Source: Epithemia pelagica
Taxonomy: Eukaryota > Protista > Bacillariophyta
Assembly: GCA_946965045.2 (NCBI GenBank)
Contig: OX337239.1
Span: 434,001-498,000, forward strand
DNA length: 64,000 nucleotides
Direction: 5' to 3'
Each line of letters starts with the position of its first letter. Within the stretch, counting starts at the first letter, position 1. Of the stretch, positions 11,263-21,278 are shown in pieces. The position numbers and the translations under genes were made by a program. Below the pieces are notes generated by a model. That model saw only the letters and a list, made by a program, of their open reading frames with translations. It made no database searches and was not told where the DNA came from.

Positions 11263-12998
11263 CTAACCCTTGCGCTTAAATGTAGAGGGATACACAGCGG
11301 TAGCCATGTAGTCCGCAACATCCACCGTGTTTTGCTGCAACAAGTATGTGGTTTTGATCTGGTCCTCCCCTGCGACATTCTCCAAGAGACCTGTAAACCC
11401 AGAGACCCAGTGCCAGCTAGGATCATAGGAACCCTGCAAGCTGCGCCATGAAACAGAAAAGGAAACAGCTTGACTGGATCCAATCGGATATGGATCCGCC
11501 ACACCCATGACGGGATAAATCCCTGAAGCCCCTGTGCTGGAGGTATAGGTTCCTGTGAATGTCCCATCCGATTGGATGGGACCAATCACCAAAGTTGAAC
11601 CAAACTCGTTGATCCACGTCCCGGTAGCCCATAGAGTGCTCGTGGTGGCCGCCATTGTCTTGGTCTTGTCACTCTTGTGATGGTCACTGAGATAGATGAG
11701 TTGCTTGTCGTAGTCAAAAACACTACAAACCGTGTCCAGAAAAGTCGAACCCACCAGCAGCATTTGATCCGGCATCCCTTCGAGATAATGGACGCCCAAG
11801 ACCCACTCTTTCTTGCCATTCTCGTCAATCTCGAGAAAGTACTGTTGCGGTGTCAACCTATACGAGACTGATCCCAAGACAAGGGTAATGTCTGGGTAGT
11901 TTTCCAGATCTGAGCTGGACGTGGCAGTTGTAGGGAGCTCCCCATTGTCAGTAATTGCATTTTTAGAGTGTTGATGATGCCCTGTCCACCCTTGAACCAG
12001 GAAGACCCTGTATCAAGCACAAACTCAATGTCCTATGCCACAGTACTGTCACCGCAGATCAATTTTTGAAGATTGACAGTCCACAAGTAGTTAAAGTCCT
12101 TGTTACTTGGTACAATGAGCGGAAGAACGTTCAAGCTGCCTCGATCGAAATAGTTTCGGTTGATGCCTCCCAAGCGGCATTCCCCAAAGCCATTGACAGG
12201 GTCAGTGTAGAAAGAAGCAACGGCATACTCGATCTTGTCTTGAGCTTTTAGAACCTCCAGAAGGGAGGTAGCTTCCGTGTCAGGTTTGGAGGGAAGAGCC
12301 ATGCCTCCGTCGCAAACCAGATTCTTGAACTTGTCGCCCGTGTACTCCAATGCCAACATAATGTTAATCGGTTGGACCAGTGGAATATTCTTGGTGGTGC
12401 CATCTTCCAACTCTTCATCTAGATGAACAACATCTTTTCCATTTTTGACAGTCATATTCCCCCAAGGCCCAAAACTGACAGTGTGAACGCCGCCCGCCAA
12501 AGGTTGAAAGGTTGTAGATGCCAAAGTGTGAAACGAGTCATGGGCAAGGCATGCGTCCGTCTCACACTCGCTGGAGGTAATCCACGTGTTGAAGGTGCCG
12601 GTATCCATCATAAAGGCCAAATATTGGGGAGGCGTGCCCAATCCAATGGGAGTCACCCAAGGAGTGGCGCCATTGTCCGAGAGAGCCCCCATCAACAAGT
12701 AGAATTCAACGAATGGAATGCCTTGGTCGTCCAAGAGAGCTTCGATCCGTTCCTCTATTGTCTTAAGATCCTCCTCCTTGGACGGTAGCTCGACCGCTGG
12801 CTTGCATAATTTGCCTCCCATGTTCCATCCCCGGCAAGCACGGTGTGATGGAAGAACCACCAAACTGCTCCTGGTTGGTGTATTAGGTGGCGAATACACC
12901 ACTCCCACAACACGGCGAGCGCTCGGAATCGTAAAGGCCATGACCCCCGAGGCCATGGAGGCCCAGAGGGCGAACGACAATCCAACAACGGACTTCAT
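11263..12998 (-). pseudogene. pepsin-family (A1) aspartic protease fused to a C-terminal avidin/streptavidin-like domain; disrupted in this assembly
   Basis: First catalytic motif MMDTGT; second motif VLDTGSS in frame just after TAG (12033-12035); 1-bp deletion in the T5 run at 11960-11964; then LVGSTFL pepsin end and GTWINEFGS..GTFTGTY..SFSVSW..FTG..KTTYLL avidin pattern. Confidence 0.85.
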
Positions 12999-13183
12999 GG
13001 TCAGTGCCGATCTTCGATACTTTGAATAAAATGAGAAGATCCTCGTCCATTGGCATCAAAAAAAGATCGCGAAAGTAGGATGGCCCTGCCCCCAGATTTA
13101 TACTCAACGCACTCCTACTACAGAATAAAGAGTAGTATATGCGCGCCCGTCAGAAGAGGTAATGCTATAGCCCCCCATTCCAA

Positions 13184-13399
13184 GCGCGACTGCAGTTGCA
13201 TTTTTTGCTTCCGCAAGCACAATCTTTTTTTCCTCAACAAAAACAGAAGACAGGTCGCATAATCCGCAATCATGATCAACATACTCTCTTTCTTCCCAAG
13301 AACGTCCAGCATCTGACATGATGACAATGATGAGACGAACGATAGCGTTTCGCCATTACAGATCCGACGGAGAAACGTGGGGGAACGCCATGGTTCTGT
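13184..13399 (+). repeat. shared upstream module, copy 2
   Basis: Same ordered blocks as 9849..9998. Confidence 0.7.
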
Positions 13400-13674
13400 G
13401 GTTGTCCGAGTCGAGGCCAAGATTCTGTCTGTCTGACGCACGTGTCTCATTTTTCTGGAAGATTCTCAAGATCCAACGGCTGATGGGAGTTGTTGAGGGA
13501 AAGATCGTGGGCAATGTTGAATGGCCGCATCGAACATCCAAACGATCCAGTGAAAATTGACCAGTCGGCTTTTGCAGGTTCGAGTTGGAAGATTCGGCAA
13601 GACGTTGATCCAGTGTTTCCTTTCACAATTGATCTCTCTTTGATCTCTTTTGTCCTAGGAGGATCTTACGAAGC

Positions 13675-15411
13675 ATGACCACTGCCACAACCTCCGGTCC
13701 AACCGGCAGTGTCCCACAAGGACAACAGTCGTCCTCCTCTCTCCATCATTTTCCCTCCATGGCTAACGAGTCGACGACAGCCACTGGTCGTCGTTTGTTT
13801 GGACAGGTACTGTTGCTACAAGATTGGGGAGAAGAGGCAGCCGATAGTACTCCGCGCTATTGGGAGTTGTTTACCGATTTGCTCCTCGTAGCAGCAGCAT
13901 CGTCCATGGCCGATGGATTCCAATCGCAACAAAACTGGTTTGGCTTGTTGGAATTTGTCCTTTTGTACTCGGCCATGGTCCATGGTTGGTTGTTGTACAC
14001 ACATCATTACACCAGCCGCTTTATCGAATCTTCCTTGTTCCATTCCGCCATCCTATTTCTTTATCTACTGGGCATGGCGGCCACGATCGTGAATGCCTCG
14101 TTGGAGACATCCAAGGCCTTCTCGGTGGGTATCCTGATGCAACGAGGAGCCTTTCTCGTCATGCTGGTTCAAATCATTGTCGGCCTACCACGAGCGCAAT
14201 GGTTTGCCTCCCTTTTGGCGACCATTGTAGTAGTCTCCATGTTGTTGTTCCTTGTTACAGCGTTGTATGGGCCTCCAAACGAAGAACACGAAGAACAGGA
14301 GGAGACGCTGTTCTCCGATACCGAGGGAACCGCAGAGACGGACGAAGACGACACAGAAGAGTTGCCGTGGTTCACCATTGTCTGTTGGTGTGCCGCCATG
14401 CTCGTTGACTTTTCGACTGAATTCTGTATGATGGTTTTCTTGACCCGAGAGCGATTGGTACCCGTCAACATTGATCATTCCAAGGACCGGATTGGAGTAC
14501 TGGTACGTCTGGCCTTATGTGTCGTGAATTCGAGGGAAGCGACTCCACTGTGTAGGCACGACTCGAAAACGTGCACTTACTTACGAGTCTTTTCTTTTGC
14601 ACTTGTCTGGTGTTTTATCGATCCCTTGTTGCAGGTGCTAGTAATGATGGGTGAAACGGTCATTAGTGCCACCATTTCCTATCGCGCTCATGTGGAACGC
14701 GGCATTGACCATGAAACCAATCAAAAACTGTACGAGGTGCTCGTCTTTTCGTTTTTGCTAGTGTTCATGTTTACGCTCCTGTACTTTCACGTACAACCGC
14801 ATCCGGAAGACCATGCCTTTCGACGATCCCGAGTTACGGGATGGCTGTGTTTGCTCTTGAGCAAATTGCTCGGCATGGCCCTGTTGATGGTGGGCGTCTG
14901 TATCAAAGTGGCCGTCCAGACCGTCGCGGTCGGTACCACGACGACCGTCTTTGATCAGTGGCTCTTGACCGGGGCCGTCGGTGGGAGTCTCATTCTCTTG
15001 TTGGGCTTGCGGTGCTGTCACTACCTGGGCCGTATGCCTCGTCCGTCCCATCCTCCTCATGTCAAGATTTTATTGTGGGTCTGGTGGGCATTCATGGCCG
15101 TGGCCTGTTTGGTTCCATTCTTTTTTGGTCGCTTATTTCCACAGTATTACAACAATCATCACCCCCGAAGCCCTCTTCCTCCATTGGCCATTTCGTCCTT
15201 TTGGCTCTTGTTTGTCTGTGTTGCGGATTCCTGTTTTACCCATGTGTTGGAGGCCAAACACTTACTAGTCACACCCGAAGAAGACCGTGAATGCGAACCG
15301 TCTTCCGAACAAACGGCATTGCTTTCGCAGGATCCAAATGCGTTGACCACACCCCATAATAATACCCATATGGGTCAGTCATCGTTTTACATGGGATCGC
15401 AGCGAAGCTAA
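13675..15411 (+). CDS. low-temperature-requirement protein A (LtrA)-family multi-pass membrane protein; probable in-frame intron 14503-14634
   Basis: YWELFTDLLLV and HSKDRIGVL|VLVMMGE match LtrA consensus (WxELFxDLxFV; ERxGLxxIIxLGE); many TM helices; gtacgt...ttgcag intron of 132 nt. Confidence 0.75.
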   Translation: MTTATTSGPTGSVPQGQQSSSSLHHFPSMANESTTATGRRLFGQVLLLQDWGEEAADSTPRYWELFTDLLLVAAASSMADGFQSQQNWFGLLEFVLLYSAMVHGWLLYTHHYTSRFIESSLFHSAILFLYLLGMAATIVNASLETSKAFSVGILMQRGAFLVMLVQIIVGLPRAQWFASLLATIVVVSMLLFLVTALYGPPNEEHEEQEETLFSDTEGTAETDEDDTEELPWFTIVCWCAAMLVDFSTEFCMMVFLTRERLVPVNIDHSKDRIGVLVRLALCVVNSREATPLCRHDSKTCTYLRVFSFALVWCFIDPLLQVLVMMGETVISATISYRAHVERGIDHETNQKLYEVLVFSFLLVFMFTLLYFHVQPHPEDHAFRRSRVTGWLCLLLSKLLGMALLMVGVCIKVAVQTVAVGTTTTVFDQWLLTGAVGGSLILLLGLRCCHYLGRMPRPSHPPHVKILLWVWWAFMAVACLVPFFFGRLFPQYYNNHHPRSPLPPLAISSFWLLFVCVADSCFTHVLEAKHLLVTPEEDRECEPSSEQTALLSQDPNALTTPHNNTHMGQSSFYMGSQRS

Positions 15412-15690
15412 GGATGCCATTCTTGACTCTGACTTTTGTGTGTGTGTGTAGACCAGAGAATCCTGGCATCAATGGCGCGTCCAAAACAAGAGGATCCTAC
15501 AGAAACAAGAGCCAAAAACTATTGCATGGTGGAGCAGCATGTGTATTGTATTTCTATTTCTATGATTCTATTCAAGAGCACGGCACAGTCATAACGAGGA
15601 CCTGAACCAGCGTCTTGTTGGAGTCTATAGCGATGCAAAAAGTGTTTTTGGAGGACCACTCGATGAGTTCTTGAGCTATTCTCATGAACA

Positions 15691-17322
15691 TCATGTTGGA
15701 CTCGAAGAAACATTTCTTGGTACCACTTCACGCTCGACGGTACCATTGGCGGAGCGATTTGGTACTTGCCACACCTGGATCTCTTGGGGAGGAGGCGCAC
15801 TCGTCAGCACGATACAACAACCGTTGTTGCACAGAGCTAAATGACTTTGTTCGGGAGAGAGCCACTGTCGACTTGGTGGTGTGGTGGTTTCATGGGTAGT
15901 CGCGAATGGCTCGTCGTCGTTGGCATGGACCAGGTCCACTACCAGAAACCATTGCTTGTGGATAAATTTTTGCAGAGACCGCACCAGCTCCTCGACGAGG
16001 CATTGTTGGCACAAATCGCCAATATATGTCTGGAGTTTTTCCTGGGACCACTGCGTCACGTGCTGAATGGCGTCGTGGAGTGCTTGTCGGTTGTTCTCCT
16101 CGTTGCGTCCAAGTTGGACGAACACGGCAAACCGGTGATGAAAATCTTGCATGACCCAAGCACGGCCATTTTGAATCACAGAATCCACCGAATATTCTTG
16201 AGTATGGACCACCAACAGTTGATAGTTTCGAAATGTCGCTTCCATATTCAGTGTTGGAGCTTGAAAAGGACCACCAGGAGACATGATTCGGGGAAGGTTA
16301 CTTCCCGGATTTTGAAGCCAAAATGGGGTCGACTCGGCGGATGGATCTGGGAACAGGAGGAGAGGACCATTCGGCGAACCTTGGGGAGCGAGGACGGACT
16401 CAATCTGCAGGACAAAGACTTGAGAAGGACGGACCGACACTCCAAACACCGTTTCATCATCTGCCGGAGGACGGTCGTACGCATGGTGTGTGGCGACTAC
16501 AATCCCATCCATGAGGGGTCGGAACGGTTCCAAAAACTCGGGCAATGCCAACGAGGGAAGCAGCAACGGATGCGGTGCATGGTACAGAACGAGCAAAAAC
16601 CGAATGGTACAAATCACTGCAAGAGGACGGTGGTGGTGGATCTTGCGTCGCTTGGCTGGACGGTCGACCTCGGTGCCTTGCTGCTGCTGCTGCAAGCGTT
16701 TCAATTGCCGCACCATTGCTTGGTAACTGGCATGCCAATTTTGCCAGTCCATCACGAGAACGTGACAATGACAAGTTGGGTCTTGTCGGTGCTGTTGTTG
16801 CCACTGTAGGCTCGTTGGTTGAACCACAGTATTCAACAAGGATGAAATCATGGGAATGTTCTGGTCTTGTGGTGCTACAGTAACAACAGAGAGCGTCGGA
16901 CCATTGTTGGCATGACGGCCTTGTTCCATACCATGACAAATATCATTCATGATTTGTAAACGATTGGAAACGTAGTAGGACCTTTTCATTGTCATAGGGA
17001 TGGTACGATTCATGGGGGGCGGACCCTGGATCACTGGCTCTTCTTGTTCTTCACTGGAGGACGATGTTGTAGGAGGATCCAAGGAAGGAATGCGGTCGTC
17101 ATCGTCATTGTCGTCATCTTGTGGAGCAACGGGTCGGCTGCGGTCCGTTCCCGGAGTGACCATTGTTGTGGGTTCCATCCTGTCCGATTCGCCGCCGGTG
17201 CGGATGGGAATGGTGCTCGTGCTGGTGGTTCGACCTGCAGAGGGTGATGCATAATTGGTGGTGAGACTATTATTATTACTATTCATCTTGATCCTTGATT
17301 TCGAATGTTTTTCTTTCACCAA
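15691..17322 (-). CDS. hypothetical protein (~530-543 aa)
   Basis: Long uninterrupted ORF with diatom-like low-complexity N-terminus; no family recognised. Confidence 0.55.
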   Translation of the reverse strand: MVKEKHSKSRIKMNSNNNSLTTNYASPSAGRTTSTSTIPIRTGGESDRMEPTTMVTPGTDRSRPVAPQDDDNDDDDRIPSLDPPTTSSSSEEQEEPVIQGPPPMNRTIPMTMKRSYYVSNRLQIMNDICHGMEQGRHANNGPTLSVVTVAPQDQNIPMISSLLNTVVQPTSLQWQQQHRQDPTCHCHVLVMDWQNWHASYQAMVRQLKRLQQQQQGTEVDRPAKRRKIHHHRPLAVICTIRFLLVLYHAPHPLLLPSLALPEFLEPFRPLMDGIVVATHHAYDRPPADDETVFGVSVRPSQVFVLQIESVLAPQGSPNGPLLLFPDPSAESTPFWLQNPGSNLPRIMSPGGPFQAPTLNMEATFRNYQLLVVHTQEYSVDSVIQNGRAWVMQDFHHRFAVFVQLGRNEENNRQALHDAIQHVTQWSQEKLQTYIGDLCQQCLVEELVRSLQKFIHKQWFLVVDLVHANDDEPFATTHETTTPPSRQWLSPEQSHLALCNNGCCIVLTSAPPPQEIQVWQVPNRSANGTVEREVVPRNVSSSPT

Positions 17323-17541
17323 AAAGAACAGAAAACAACCAGATCACAAAAGGGGTGTCTCTCGTTCGACACAATTGTGAGCGAGTGTGATGGTCGGTGA
17401 TGGCACGAGGGTGAGTGATGAAAACAAAAAGAATCGAATCCGATCAGATCCCCATCCAACCCGCACGCGCACGTTTGTTGTTTGTTGTGCTCATCGAGCC
17501 TATTGGTCCGTTGAAAAGATTCGTCGGTCGGAAAGGATGAC

Positions 17542-18930
17542 GTGACATCCGCTAAATTCTTTGATCTTCTTTTAAAGGCAATGGTTTCCCACTGTCTTAC
17601 CAGTGTCGTACGGTATTCAAAAGATCCACGCATGGGGGACCCAGAGCAATGGTGCCATCATGGCGGAAAACGACAATGGCAATGTAGAACGGTATATTGC
17701 AAAGAAGTCATGCTTCAGAACCTTCCCATGGCGCAAACGTTTGATGTGTACTCTGCCTGGATGGATAGCATGGCACAACGGGGGAATTTGCAGGATGCCA
17801 TTTTGTCATTGCTTGAAGTTTTGGGAAACTGTGATGGTCGACATTCTTCAAATCAAGGCGACCATGAAAAAAACGAAATACCGCCCAGTTGGAGTTCATG
17901 ACGGATCGAACCAGAATTGAGTTGATGAGACTCTTCTTGGACAAATAATTAGCCGCCTGTTGCTACCGACTGCCCGATGAACGCTTTGCCGTGGTGGTAT
18001 TCAAGGCCGTGAATTGGACCCTAAAATATGGATTTTGTGGGTTTTCTTCTCCCGCCGTTGCGAGTACGGCTGTGGTATTGGGGGACACTTTGAAGCAGGC
18101 TTTTTGCATGGCCAACATGCATTGCGGCTCATGGAAAGTCTCCACGGCAGGAAACAGCGGCACGAACCATGTTTATCCTGTATGGCTACTTGTACCCTTG
18201 AGAGACCAGCCAAGGACGTCCTGAAACCCTTGTTACGGGCGTACGATATTGCCGTAAAGACCGGGTTAACACGCAATGGTTGTATCGTTCCGATTCGCCG
18301 TCCACCCCATTGGTTGCCCTTGTCTAATCCTCTGCTGGAACTGGATGCTTTTGCGAATCATCATGGAGGGGACGCCCTTGGCGGGTTTCCGAAATTCTAC
18401 CAAACAATTGTGTGACTTGAGAGGCGATCACGCCTTTTACATGGTATTTACCTCCCATTCCATGCGACATGTCTTTGGCAATCTCATGGGTTTGGACAAT
18501 CGAGAAGATTCCACCAACATGGTGGGCGAAATCAGCAGTGTGGAACGTCACGAGTTTTGTCCCCCAAAATTTCGCCTTTCAGAGCATGGTGTGGACCTAC
18601 TTTTGGCGATCATGTCCCACACGCCGATTTGGTCCTGCGCAAGTTGGTCACGATTTTTTGCAAAAAAGCTCTATTGTCCACTTTCAAACTCGTGTGGGAT
18701 ACATTTCACAAGGGTGTATCGTGTTAGGCCGCCGCCCGCGAGACGGGTCGCAAAAAGTACTTGAAACTGGGGCACATCTTTCGGGCCAAGGTCAAGAAAT
18801 GGTTGAATATGGGCAATTCCAATGTCAAGCCCAGTGGTTGGCCTGGTTAGATGCCGAAGCCATGGCCTTGAAGAAACGGGGACGAACCGAGTTTGCCTTC
18901 ATTAAGGAGTATGAAGTGACCATTTGGTAG
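17542..18930 (+). pseudogene. degraded C-terminal part of a diatom AAA/TPR (cyclase-associated-like) family gene
   Basis: Fragments in several frames (YCKEVMLQ..DVYSAWMDS, FKAVNWTLKYG, AYDIAVKTGL, WLDAEAMALKKRG..EYEV) with multiple stops and frameshifts. Confidence 0.55.
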
Positions 18931-19472
18931 GCCGAACCGGGTGGCTACCAACATGACGCAGCGTTGGCAAGTGAACGGCACGGGGAATATCAATTAACAG
19001 TCATGAAAGATTCCGAGTAAGCGCTTATCGATTCGAAGAGACCAAGAGGTATTGGAGAAGCTGGGGCGCTCTGGCCAAGGTGGATCGAACATATGCCTCA
19101 CTCAAGCCCACACCCACACGTGAAATCTATGCACTCAAATCCAGTTCCCGACACCCGAGTGCGTTCAGAACAAAGTGAGAATATTAGAGCAACAAAGCGT
19201 TTCCGAAAGAGGATGAACAATCATCACTGCTACCGAGGAATCTCTGCAGTTCCTACGACGTATCCTCATCAACCTAACATGGTGAACCGATGCAGTCTAG
19301 GACATGAGACTAGTGTGAATGAATGCAACTTTATCTTTTATTCCGGCTAATTCTATTGTAGCACAAAGGTTGTATAAAACGCACCACTGTACCAGGTTGC
19401 TGTTTAAACCAATTTCTATATTGGATATTTGTGCGAGAAAAACATGACATGCCGGTACAGATGGAACCCCCT

Positions 19473-19880
19473 TCACCATCTCTCGTCATGTTGTGAAAAC
19501 AGACAATCTAGTTGTCTCCGCCGGCTTCTACGGGACCACACTGGTGGTGGTCGTAGCTCCAGCGGCGGAGGGTGAAGCTTCGATATTGCGCATTTCCTCC
19601 AGCTGGAATTGGTAAAACAAAAAAGGCGTGAGAACAAGGCCCGCAACGCGTGGTTTGTGGATTCGGCACTTACAACCTCCTCCCAGGAGCGATCCCCAAA
19701 TTCCACAAAGGTGATGCGGAGGCCCATGAGGTCGATCAAGGGACGAATGACCATGATATGGCCCACCTCCAAGAGTCCAAAGGCCATTTCGAGATCGTCA
19801 ACACCCTCATTCACAAAATTGCGATACCACTCTTGGGTCATACACTGCAGCAAACACACCAGGGTGAGAACATGGTTCAC
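19473..19880 (-). other. short ORF or gene fragment, weakly SAM-like (WYRNFVNEGVDDLE)
   Basis: ORF track plus weak motif resemblance only. Confidence 0.25.
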
Positions 19881-20049
19881 TTCAAAACCCCATCCAACAA
19901 CGTCCGTCGCTTCCTGTGACCAACCGCCACGGCAACTTCAACACCCATTTCCAATACGTACCTGATCAAAGCTGTTCCCAGGCAAGGGAAGCGGTATGGA
20001 TTTGAAAGGTTCCTGTTCCAAATGGTTCAGAAACTCCATTTGGAACAGG

Positions 20050-20430
20050 AACCTTTCAAATCCATACCGCTACCATCGCGAAAACGCCGTGAAGGAGACT
20101 TGCGTGTCGTATCCGCTCGAGAATCTTGAAACGGTATACGTGTGTAATGGAGCTGTTGAGCAGCATGTTTTGGGTTGGTAGATGGTCTGTTTCAACTGTT
20201 CCGTCCGTTCGATCAATGATAGCTCCGCAGAATGACACGTGCTCTTTTGAGGTAGCTTGCGATTGATGTTCAACTCCTTTGTCTGAAGGGTTTCAAGGCT
20301 TGTGTTCCAAGTGCCCCTTCCACTGACGGTGCTGCATGTGGTCTTTTGGACCTTTACATGCCTTTGGGTGATTGCTTTTCGTCTTGTGACTGCTGTTGCT
20401 GCAATCGCAACTCTTGTTCTTGATGCATCC
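20050..20430. repeat. degenerate dispersed duplicate, copy 1
   Basis: Aligns with about 24900..25260 (e.g. cgagaatcttgaaa.ggtatacgtgtgtaatggagctgttgagcag). Confidence 0.8.
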
Positions 20431-20740
20431 TGACCAATTATGAAAAGGGGAAGGGTTATAGGGATAAGCCCGACCACTCGACCAATGGCCTCCCCTTGTC
20501 ATGTACGCTCGAACAATGAAGTGATTGGGCTGGTACTCGGCCGCATTCCGACCATGCAGCTGGCAGCGATTGACTGTGAGGAATAATGAACGTTATCGCG
20601 AGAAATTAAAACCACGGTGAAAATTGGCTTTGGACTGATAAGCTTGTCTGTCTGGGATAGTATCATAGTCGTCTTGTCCACCGTAGTGATCACGGTAGTA
20701 ATCACCACCCGCGTACCCAAGGTCATCATAGTAGTATAAT

Positions 20741-21135
20741 TAGGAGTACTTCCCGGTGTCGAGTCCTTTCAAGGAGGGACCGCCCGGCGCGAAGGGTAGA
20801 ATGACGAGGAGGGCAATGGTCGAGGAGGGCGCATGCCCGACAAGACAATTGCCCGTCAAGTCATTCTCCCGACAAGCCGGGCGCGCCCGACGCGGGAGGA
20901 CGGCCAGACACAGGGAAGTAGTTTGCTTACTCCCTATCAAGCTGTGTAGGTATTGTAGTGAGAACTTCCTCGAAGACGTGTCACACAGTTGTCACACATG
21001 TGTCACACAAATGTCACACACCAGGTAGGAAACCGCGCGGCCCGCACGAAAACCCTGAACACTACTTCCCGGTCGTACAATAAATTCCTACTGTAGTAGA
21101 AAAATGTGAGACGAACTACCTACACAGTCTGGTAT
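20741..21135. repeat. GC-rich non-coding element with tacttcccggt direct repeats and 4x gtcacaca
   Basis: tacttcccggt near 20747 and 21063; inverted gggaagta near 20913; gtcacaca x4 at about 20980-21020. Confidence 0.45.
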
Positions 21136-21278
21136 GGAGTTAGTATGGATCATCATTGTGCGACGATATGGCAATGAGTTTTCGTGAAAACGTGAAGAAG
21201 ACAAATCCGCCGGGATATTCAATGGCTACTATCGTCACTGTGCCAAACCATGCTACATTTTCGGCATGGCAGCAACCT

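Noticed and set aside
11960-12035. An intron removing both lesions in the protease gene
   Set aside because: It would delete the second catalytic DTG motif, and no suitable GT..AG pair was evident
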